A stretch of 59,549 bases of DNA, filler included, from Sphacelaria rigidula (Eukaryota): NCBI GenBank assembly GCA_964200075.2. It is 9 parts of 9 records of this genome, joined end to end, with 100 filler letters (N's around TTAATTAATTAA, not from the genome) between each part and the next. Parts side by side here need not be neighbours in the genome. Positions count along the whole stretch, not along the records: positions 46,396 to 52,922 come from CAXNAA020019540.1; positions 53,023 to 59,549 come from CAXNAA020019541.1; 7 more parts are not named here. One strand, written 5' to 3'. The stretch's first letter is position 1. Each line of letters opens with the position of its first letter. The translations under genes were made by a program, and so were the position numbers. The notes under the pieces were generated by a model, which was given only the letters and a program-made list of their open reading frames with translations, was not told the origin of the DNA and did not search any database. Positions 49,217 to 59,549 of the stretch are shown piece by piece.

Positions 49217-52200
49217 GGTGGTTGGCGTCGGTTGGCAATGACGCGTAAAGCACGCCACTCACTGCGTGAGCTAGACAACAATGTTACCGATTTTTTTTAG
49301 TTGCGTTTTTTGCGGTAACCATGACGGTGGTCGAGCTAGATCACATTGTGCGGGGTGGAGAACCTCAACTCCGCGCAAAGGAGATCTCCGCGCAAGGGGT
49401 ATGATGGGTGGACGTGGTGTTGAAATGGTGAGACACCCATGAGGCAGTGTGGAACCCGGGGCTGTCTCCGGTAGTTGTCATACCAGTAAATGAAGCAACT
49501 CATTGGAGGCTGTCATCCACATGCGAAATGTTTAGGACGCCTTGGGCCGAATAGCCTTAGCAGGATGCAGCTCACCCTTCATGCGACTCGTCGAATAAAT
49601 TACGGCGCTTCGCGCTTGGTGATCGATTTCGAGCCTGGTCCGGCGAGAACCGGGCGTGCTCGGTCCCGGCTTTGTAGGGATGCGAGGCCAATGGTAATAT
49701 GACGGTGGCATGCAAGATCATGAGTACACCCCCCCCAACGCTTGGTCCGGCGAAAGCCCGGGATGCTCCGTCCCGGCTTCGTAGGGATACGAGGTCAATG
49801 GTCTCATGACTACGGCACGCAGAATCATGAGTGCGTCTCCCCCCCCCCTCCCCGTTACTCTTCCGTCCCCGCACGCAAGCGGCGCTTGCTTGTCTCCTCC
49901 GACCAAAATCCGCGTTGTTTTCTCCCTGCCCTGTCTGGGATGCATACTTTTTCCCTTGGTGAACGCTCTTAAGGTGGTGGTTACATACTTCCAGCCGGGA
50001 TGGCGCGGGGAACCCTGAGTCCGGCGGACATGCATGGCCGAGATCTGGAGGAGCAGAGCAGGAAGGAAATGGATATGTGCAAGCAATCGCGACCCATGGT
50101 GAGAGTCTTCACGTCTATCGGGGGGGGGGGGTAACCCTCACCTTGAAAAAAGTTTTTTATTTTTCATTATTTTTCATTTTTTATCGCGATTTTTGGAGCT
50201 CCAGCGAGAGCCATAGCAACTCGCTGTTTGACCGCGAAGTATGTGGTCATATTCCAGAAATTTCATTTATATGTACATGTATCATTTCACTTTTTTTCAC
50301 CGCTTTTGCTGAGTTTTCTCTGGCGGCAAGGCATCTCATTACGCGCTTTCTTTGGCAGTGCACGGAGGAGGCGCAGCGGTACATTACCGTTCAGGTTTGG
50401 GTGTCATCTGATAAGTGTGGCGCGTGTTCTGGCCATCGAAAGTCGCCCGCACTGGCTCTTTTTCGCGAGGTATCGATCCCGGGCCACAAACGCCCTTCCA
50501 AGTCCATGAAACACTTCAAGCAGCAGGATGATGGTTGGCGGGGTATTTTCCCCCCGTGTTTCTCTGTGTGAAACCAGCAAAGCGGGGTGCCGAAACCCCT
50601 GTGATCATGCAACCCGTAGGACGCACCTGTCAAGTACTGGCGCAGGGATATCCTTGTGACAGGGATGGCAGGGAGAATCATACGAGTACGCACCTCATGT
50701 ATCTTTCGACGGCTTAGTACTGTATTTTTAGTAGAAGTCAGGCGTTACTTCGCTTGTGGATTGCTCCGCCGTGTCTGAACGAACCAGCCTGAAAATTGGC
50801 ACAGGGGTAGACCACAACACAGACAGCATATTCCCGGATCGGCGGCACGTTTCACGTGATGCGCCAGACGCACGAAGTGAGTACGGATTCTGGGCAATGC
50901 CATCGATGCACCCTCAAAACGGAGTCCCCTCGGCCCACACTGTGTGAAACGTCCGGGGATGCATATATAGACACGCAGATGCGCTCACTTCCACATCATG
51001 ACCTGCTGGGTGGCTCCTGCCCCGGCAAGCGAGCATCGATCCGTATTGTGTACACGCTGGATGATGTCATTTTCCGCGGTACCTATCTTGGTATCGCCTG
51101 AAGAGGTACCTACTTAAGGAGGCACGGTCGTGCAAGCGCTGTCAGTGTTTTTACGCGCAATGTATATTATGTACATGTATCATTTCACATTTTCACCGCT
51201 TTTGCCGAGTTTCCTCTGGCGGCAAGGCATTTTTTCCCACACGTCCTATTGCAGCGCACCGAGAAGGATCAATGGTTCATTAACGTTCGGGTTTGGGCGC
51301 CATCTGATGCCTGTGGCGCGTATTCTGGCCACTAAAAGTCGCTCAAACTGGCCCTTTATCGCGCGGTGTCGATCCCGAACCACAAAAGCCTCTTCAAGAT
51401 AGTGGAAAACTTAACAAAATGTATATTTTCGACTTGCGTCACCCCCGGGAGGCCCGTACTAATCTCCCGAAGGGGAACCTTGCATATATAGGTACCTGTA
51501 TCATTTAACATTTGCATCACGTTTGCCAAGTTTTCTCTGGCGTCAAGGCATTTTTTCCCGCGCTTTCTTTTGTAGTGCACTAAGAAGGCTCAGTGGTACG
51601 TTACCGTTCAGGTTTGGGTGTCATCGAATACCGAAAGTAATTCAAACTGGCCCTTTTTCGCGGTGTGTCAATCCCGAACCACAAAACCCTTTTACTCGTA
51701 AAGATAATGAAAAAACTTTAAACAGGATTACTTCCGGCGGAGTATTTTTCCCCCGTGTTTCTCTTTGTCGCGTCCTTGTTCATTTGGGAGCACGAACACA
51801 CCCGTTATGTCGCCAATGTCACGAGAACATGAAAGAGAGCAAAGCAGCTGAAAACAATTGAACATTGCCTTGGCCTTAGTCACCAGCAAACGCAAGACCG
51901 TGCAATGAGCCGTTGGCGAGTTAAACAAGGTGCAGCAGCATGGCAGCACAGGAATGCTTTGCCGCAAGAAACAATCATCCTGTTTCAAAAACATGCCCAG
52001 TAATGTTGAAGCCACAGTGATGTGCAATCGTTCCAGACAAGAACCACCGCTCTGCGGAATATATGGCTAGGTAGGTCGCTAGCTAGGCGACGTTCTCTGG
52101 CAACACCACAAACTATACTATTTCGTTTCGAAACAAGACGGTACACTTCAGGGAGACCGCAACCATGGGTCCGGATGGCTCGTGGGTTCTCCCCGAACAC

Positions 52201-52873
52201 AAAAATAATTTCATGCACCTGCACTAACGACCATCGCACGCGAGCGGAATATATGGCTAGGTAGGTAGGTGGCTAGCTAGGCGACATTATCTGGCAACAC
52301 CACAAACTTCCACTTCGGTCGTACTCTATCAGCGTTTTCTCTCTCAGGTGGGTCTGTAAAAATGCGGTACCCTACAAGCGTGGATAGTAGCACCCAAAGC
52401 ACATAGTACGTAAAGTTGTAACAGGAAAGGCCCGGTCAAAAGTTCGGCTGGTTGAATAAAAAAACGCAACTCTCATGTGCAGAGAAGAAGCGAACACTGG
52501 AAGAACATATCCGCGAGCTTCCCAAGCGAGCAAGAACATGCCAGGAATGTTCCACGCATTCCAGCAGCCAGTCGACACGACTCTTTTGTCCAGAGAAATG
52601 CAAACTCCCCTGTGCAGCGAAAAAAGCGAAGGACTGAAAAGACATACCCGCGAGCTCCCCAAGTGACAAAGAACACGCCAAGAATGTTCCACGCATTCCA
52701 ATTTTTCGGGAAGTGCCTCCGGCTGTCATGTCTTTGTGGCACGAGAGCTACTTCGCACTCTGACACCACGCGAATACCACACATGTCCTACACCGGCGGT
52801 TCCGCCGTCGGTCTGGGTTACCCTATCTCTAATCCCAAGAGGATCACCTTTTAGATGGTGTCCCACACGTCCA

Positions 52874-52922
<49 letters not shown>

Positions 52923-55840
52923 NNNNNNNNNNNNNNNNNNNNNNNNNNNNNNNNNNNNNNNNNNNNTTAATTAATTAANNNNNNNNNNNNNNNNNNNNNN
53001 NNNNNNNNNNNNNNNNNNNNNNGAATCGAACCCCCGTTCTCTCCACCCTAATGGCGACAGTCGGACCATTATACCACCGGGGCGCGGCACTTGGTTCCCA
53101 GGAGTATCGGTATTTACTAGAAGAAAAAAAATCAAGTGATCCACGACCATGTCGTAGATTGCACGTACACTGTCTGTCCTCGTGACCACGGCTGGATATT
53201 TTCGGGGACCTCATTCATGTACAACAGTACGACGATTAAAACCAACGAACGAATCAACCCAGCATGCGGATCTTTTTGGGATCACCGCGCATTAACCCGC
53301 AACACACCACCACGGAAGCAATATTGACAGTAACAGCAGCAGGAGAAGCAAATCATAATTTGCAAACGTAATGTTCAAATTTTCAGGGAAAAAATAAGAA
53401 TACATACAAGTAAAGTACAAATACAAGAAGGACTTATTCACATTCCTTAACCAGTATTCCGAGTATCCAGTCATTTTCCATTGAGCTCATCCATCCGTCT
53501 TTGCCGATGCGAACACGTTTGTAACTCGGCTTCAGTACTTTTCATAACACTTTAATTTTTGATCGAAAAATGTGCGGTGGAAACGGAAAAAAAAACTCCC
53601 CATCTGATAGGTCGTGATTTAAACTATATTGTAGTTTATTTTACAGATGGTTGACATCACGACTAATCAGATTGAGATATGTGTTTTCCACCGCACTTTT
53701 TCGATCGAAAAATGAGGTGCTAAGACACAGACTCAGTATATCAATATTTCTTCAGCGGAGGAAAAAATATCAAAGATATCCGCAGTCAGAGAGTCGAGAT
53801 AACTTCGGAGATCACAGAAAACACAAGACATAAATATAAGTAATAATAATACAGACAAACAAACAGACATGCCGGGCCCAGGTGGTCTAAAATAAAATGT
53901 TCCAACTGACACCATTGGGGCGGGGAAACGCGTGATCGCTCCCCGCCAGAAACATCCAATCTGCTTTTTCTTCTCTGAACACCTGACTTCGGCCGTTGAA
54001 AGGGTGCAAGAGTGAGCAAGATAGTCTATTTGGCTGAGCTTCTTAGACGACAGTCGACGCGGTGCGGAAGTGGTGCCGACCCAACCCGCGATTATACCGA
54101 CTTGCAAGACGTTTACCGGGGGTGAGATTGGTTGATCCGTTCAGTCCCAGGGATTCGTCCCGAGGAAAAAGGTTCGGGGGGGGGGGGGGCTATCCAAGGT
54201 ATTCATTTGATTGATGGATTGATTGTCGCACTTTAACTGACCCCCAGGGATCCAGCCGTGGTCATTATCCACACGATAGGCGTACCCGAGAAAAACAAGA
54301 CTGAAACACTCGCTAAAGAGAAAGAAGGAACAGAAACAGTCGAACAGAACGACATAGTAGACCAAGACGTGAAGATACAAAAATAAAAATACATGAAAAG
54401 TCAACAAAAGCAAAGCACAGTGTCACGAGGAGAAAAGTAAGGCAAAATACGATACATATCTGGTAGCTTGAAGCAGCATCCCCAGCGTTGCTCCAACCAT
54501 TTGACCGCGAGGGTAGGTCACCAGCTGACTCGGCATCAATATCCACTTGAAAAAAGTATGCGCGATCTCGATAAAGTATGCGCGATCTAGATGGACTCAC
54601 CCGCACCGCGGTCCAAGGGTCAAGAAGAAGGTTGATGTTGAAGGCCAGCATGACGCTGGATTTTTTTTTTTAATTATTTTATTTGTCGCACTTTAAACGC
54701 ATCTCCTGCGTCGGGACGAGTCCGTGGTGTCAAGGGATCATTCCATCTCTCCCTACTCTAGGTATGGTACACGCCTTGCATTTTGGGCACGTCGATCAGG
54801 TCGGCTCTCCGGCACCGCGTCAACTCTCCTCATGCACTTTGGTCTCGCCGATTGGATCATGACTAACACTCCCGCACCGCGTCAATTCTCGTCGAGCAAA
54901 CTCAGTCAACTACTTTCTGTTCTCTCCCTCACTCACTCACTCACCTACTATACTCACGTTTTCGACGGTGGAAATCAGATACTTCGAAAAATAAAATATT
55001 AAAAACACACATCGGGAGTCGAATCACGTCCTCTCCACCCACCCCAAGGGTGACAGTCGAACCACTGCACCACAGGGCCACGCCCGCTAGTGGATGTGAC
55101 ACACTGACTGAGTGATGCTACGGTAGGGATGCACAAATATTATCTGAGGTTAGGATTGCTAGAAGCCCTTCATCTCACGCAAAACACGACCTATGAAAAC
55201 ATGTGAAAGTACGCCAGGATTACTACTTCTATGTGCTGGGGATATCCCGAATGAATTTGCAAACGGGGATGCCCTGGCCCATATTCTTGTGCATCTAGAA
55301 CCGTTAGGAGCCCCTGAACTAAACATAATTTCGCGAAAAACGTGCACCCCTACCGTAGCCTTGCTCGACTGTAGCACGCACCCCTTACGACCTGAGCTGT
55401 AACGGAATAAATATTGCGGGAACGCTGATCCAACCCCCAATACGGAAATGGCAGGCCGACACAGGACCGGGAGAAAGATGAGTTGATCACTCACGCGTCC
55501 CAAGAAAGGGACAAGGGTTGCACCTATGGCGAGAAGAGACATGTAGATGGAGATCTTTGGCCCTTTCGTGGCCCCATATCGGTAACTAGAGTGCTCTATT
55601 GAGGTAAGTAGATTATGACCCCCTATTGGAACATCGTTTCAGTGTGTGTGTGGGGGGGTCTATATGTTCGTGCCTCAAAATGCACCACTCGTAGGTGCTA
55701 TGTGGAGATGTGTTTGTACCATCATGTGTTGTGGGGTGGCGTGCAGTACGACCAGTATACGCGAATGCTTCGTATGTGGCCGTTGTTTCGGATCTGACCA
55801 TGGTCTGTCCATCACAAATGTGTGAATATGTGTATGGTTG

Positions 55841-56360
55841 CTGGAGGGTGACTGTTTATGCGACAAACACGACGGCGAATGTACCACACTAGTGTACTTC
55901 CTGGAATATGACAGTCAATGCGACGAAGGAGACGACGAATTTACAACACTTACGTCATTCCTGGAAGATGACAATTGATGCGACGAACGGGACCACGAAT
56001 TTACAACATTAGTGTAGCTGCTGGAGAATGACTATTGATGCGACGAACGAGACGACGAGCTTCCAACACTATTATATTAGAACTGCTGGAGGATGACGAT
56101 GGCAAACGACGCGACAGCGGTACACTATAAGTGTGACCGCTGGAAAATGACACAAAAAGCGAGACGACGGTTGTACAGCACCAGTGACTCCTGGATGGTG
56201 ACTGTAACGAACGAGAGGACGACTGTACACCCACCAGTTAGTGTGCGTAATCGCTGGAAGATGACCAATACACCCAACACAACAGCGGTACACCGCTAGT
56301 GGAACTGCTGGGAGATGGCTGTATCAAACGACTCAACGATTACATAACATTAGTCCCTGT
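55841..56360 (+). repeat. Degenerate ~51-65-bp tandem repeat, nine units
   Basis: Units start CTGGA-x3-TGAC at 55841, 55901, 55961, 56021, 56086, 56140, 56191, 56254, with a variant at 56308. Confidence 0.8.
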
Positions 56361-56865
56361 CTATCTGTATGTCTGTCTACAGTACTGTTGTTGTTGTTTC
56401 TCACATAAGCCCCATACGAGAAATCTGGCGCCAGCGGTGACAAAGCCGTAGCGCAAAAAAAAAAAGGTTGTTGTTGTTGTTGTTGTTGTTGTTGTCTTCG
56501 TATTAAAAAAAAAACGTTCCGATATCTGCGCGGTACATTCGTACTGAGCATCTGATGCGGACGCCTTCCTTGGTCACAGGCTAGCAAAAAGCCGAAATAA
56601 ACAAACTAGACCTAGAATAAAAACTCACAAAACGCGATGCAAGCAAAAGAGGGATACATAATAAAGAAGGAAGAGAATACCTATGGCTAATCTCAGAAGA
56701 TCCGGTGCCGCAGGTGGCCATTCGGACTTCAGGGGGTGGCACCCGTAGAATGCAAGGGAAAATATGACGCCCGCGGATATCAACAAAAAGGCGCCCCGCA
56801 GACACGTCAGTGAAATAAAAAAAACTTTATAACATACGTACGGCTCGAAAGCACATGATTAAGGT

Positions 56866-57114
56866 GCCGTCGCGCCCCGGTGGTTCAATGGTCCGACTGC
56901 CGCCATTACGGTGGAGAGAACGGGGGTTCGGTTCCGATGCGTTGGGATTTTTTCTTCGTAATGTATTATTTCCACCGTGGAAAGTGTGAGAAAGTGAGTG
57001 AACAAAGTAGTCGACTGGGTGTGTGTGACGTGAGTTGACGCGGTGCGGAAGTGCTGACCCAATCCGCGAGAACGAAATGGAAGGCACGTACCGGGAGAGA
57101 GATGGGTTGATCCC
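56866..57114 (+). mobile_element. tRNA-derived SINE family 2; other copies at 53023-53090 (-), ~53871-54140 (+), ~54795-55085 (-)
   Basis: A-box-like GGTGGTTCAATGG and B-box-like GGTTCGGTTCC, then a shared ~180-bp body. Confidence 0.72.
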
Positions 57115-57115
57115 T

Positions 57116-57959
57116 CAAGGGCTCTTCTTAACGAAGGGGATGATCCCCTCTTTCAAAATCCCCCTTTTCAAAAACGACCGGTGATTGGTCGCTGCGATAC
57201 CACCCCCTCCAAAAAATCCCCTCAACGTGCACAGAAATCCCCTCTCCAGAGGAAATTTCAGGAAGTGCAAAAATACTTCCTGAAATCCCCTTTTCAAAAG
57301 GGGATTTCCGGACACCTCGAAGGGGAACATACGTGTCCGGTTGACAGGGACACATGCAAAGGCCAACCACACGGCCTGGCACAATCAGAGCTGAACCTGA
57401 AGAACTTGGTGGCCCCGCAGACCAAAAACACACAGCTCGAGCCCTAGCTGCTTATCAGCTGTGCACGTTGTGCGTGACCTTGCTCGAATCTGTTGAGAAT
57501 TCATTGAGAAATGATGATGTGTGTGTGAGACGCGCGTGCAGCACGCGCTTACAAAACGGTCAGCAACGACACGTTTTCGGTTGTGTTTGACACGCATGCG
57601 GCCGCCATTCGTCCAATACAGGACGGACTTCTGTCAAACAAAGACTGGCGTGTGTAGATTAGCAAGACCTAGTACTGAAACTAATGCGCGTGAATGGTGG
57701 GCGTCTATGCGTGTGTTTTCGGGGTTGGGTGTGTAGGTGTTGTGTTGCCTTGTTGTGCATTGTCTGCAGTATTAGACAGACCTTGGACCTGCTTGGACTA
57801 ACCACCACTTCCAGACCCGCCGCATTCCTCAGCCTGCGTGCAGATCTGGGTTCCAATTTGTACAAAACTGCTTGTCGATAGGACTCAGGAGTGGTTGTTA
57901 TGGGGCCAATTCCCTGTCAAAACGGGATTGTGAAATTCCCTTCCTCAAGAAGGACCCTG
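57116..57959. mobile_element. Possible hAT-like non-autonomous element with AAATCCCC subterminal repeats
   Basis: CAAGGGCTCTTCTTAACGAAGGG versus CCCTTCCTCAAGAAGGACCCTG; no convincing TSD. Confidence 0.45.
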
Positions 57960-58255
57960 AGACCACGGACTCATCCCGAGGAAGGGGAGGGGTTCAAAGT
58001 CTGAGGGGAAAAAAAAAAAAAAAGTGGGAAAAAATCGTCGGCTGTGGCTGCTGGAATATGACTATAAAAAAGATCTTGGGACATTTACCGCGGGAACAAC
58101 CGCAGACAAAGATCAACACAAAAGAAGTGGGACATTGTCATACAGGGACGCAAACAGACTGACTGCGTCGCGGTCGAACGTTCAAGGGGGTTTCATCAAT
58201 GAGTTCGTTTTTTTTTTTATATCTTCAAATTTTTCGGCAAAATAACAAAAAAACA

Positions 58256-59323
58256 CAGGGAGGGATACGTGACACGTGAACGTGAACGTGACGTGAATCA
58301 CGTTCGTAAAATTTAACGTAACGTGACACGTGACGCGTGTCACGTATGCAAAATTTAACGTAACGTGAACGTGACGTTTCGTTACATGTAACGTAATATG
58401 TAGCGTGACATTGTCACGTGTCACGTTCGCATGTAACGTTTCATTCTATGCATATCGCAGCTCATTCACCAGTGTTTGAGGTGTTTTGACGTGTCGTGTA
58501 ACGCGTGAAGTCACCGTGTACGTGGCACTGGCGGTCGCCCGTCGTATGTTTGATCGTAGGCGCATTATCTGAGTGTATAACGCTTGTTTCTCTACAGTGC
58601 ATCATGCATTCGTCCTTGACCGGATAAGTTTTCCTGTCTTCTACTGTCTCATTTCAAGTTTTCAAGATTCGAATGCTTGGTCATTCGCACGATAGCACAT
58701 ACTGTACACACAATAGTTCGCGAACGTGATTAAACGCTGGCTTGGGTCTTCCTGGCATTTCGCAGACAGAACTACGTAGGTACCCTTGGTTCTACACGTG
58801 TATGATGTTGTTGTGGTGCTGTGCTTCGATGATGACTTGTAATATCAGCTGTGGGGCAGAGCGCGAAGTTGCCGCCAGAGTATGTTCTATACCGTGGCCA
58901 TTCAAACTCACACGTGTTTCTTGAAGAACGGTCTTCAATCTTCTAGGATTTCAAAATTCATTGCAGAGTTGAAGTGTTCACCGCTTCATGTAACTTGTTT
59001 ATGACGTTTTATTTTTATTTGTTTGTTTGATTGATTGATTATCGCACTTTAACTGACCCCCCAGCGGTCCAGACGTGGTCTCATGATAGACGTACGTACC
59101 CAACAAAAACGAAACTGAAACACGCTCTAAGAGGAAAAGAAAAGAAAAAAACAGAAAAAAAGAGGGGTCAAACAGAACGATATCGCAGACTAAGTCGTGA
59201 CAAAAAAATAAAAAGTCGACACAAGCCAAGCACAGAAAGAAATGGCCGACCTAAAGCAAGAAAAAGGAAAACAAGCGGAAAGTAGAAAGCAAATAAAATA
59301 AAATACAAAAAAACGATGGGAAA

Positions 59324-59362
<39 letters not shown>

Positions 59363-59549
59363 ACGCGTAACGTAATATGTAACGTGTAACGTAATATGTA
59401 ACGTATAACGTAATATGTAACGTGTAACGTAATATGTAACGTTTTATGTCACGTGTCACGTATAATTCATGTGTCACGTATAATTAACGCGTCACCTATA
59501 ATATACGTGACACGTGACATGAAACGTTACATAATACGTGATTTGAACG
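58256..59549. mobile_element. CAGGG-starting element with ACGT-rich subterminal minisatellites at both ends, truncated by the window end; retroposon stub inserted at ~59010-59325
   Basis: Dense TAACGT/CACGTG/TGACGT arrays at 58267-58520 and 59355-59549. Confidence 0.55.

Noticed and set aside
1..59549. Functional clustering of trafficking genes (Sec24, epsin, PIG-V)
   Set aside because: They sit on different contigs that are adjacent only because of length sorting.

Overview
Eukaryotic DNA, most likely from a brown alga (Phaeophyceae), inferred from an EsV-1-7 repeat gene, spliced genes and dense repeats. The window is not one locus. It holds nine contigs of 6528 or 6527 bp (1-6528, 6629-13156, 13257-19784, 19885-26412, 26513-33040, 33141-39668, 39769-46295, 46396-52922, 53023-59549) joined by artificial N44-TTAATTAATTAA-N44 spacers, so nothing can be inferred across the gaps. 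Supported genes: an intronless protein with 27 tandem 38-aa EsV-1-7 C-x4-C-x16-C-x2-H repeats, the last four exons of a Sec24C/D-type gene, four exons of an ENTH/epsin-like gene, and divergent first exons of PIG-V and WSS1. The rest is mostly transposon-derived: piggyBac-, mariner/Stowaway-, hAT- and Tourist-like MITEs, two tRNA-derived SINE families and a decayed LINE. Best leads: (1) one position of the EsV-1-7 unit varies among essentially four residues (Y/H/Q/R) and repeat blocks are shuffled, suggesting a TALE/PRDM9-like programmable binder; (2) a LINE lineage ending in poly(C) that sits in C-runs; (3) a four-level transposon nest at the exact axis of a palindrome; (4) an epsin with WH2/LKKT-like motifs. 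All calls were made by eye; no database searches were run.
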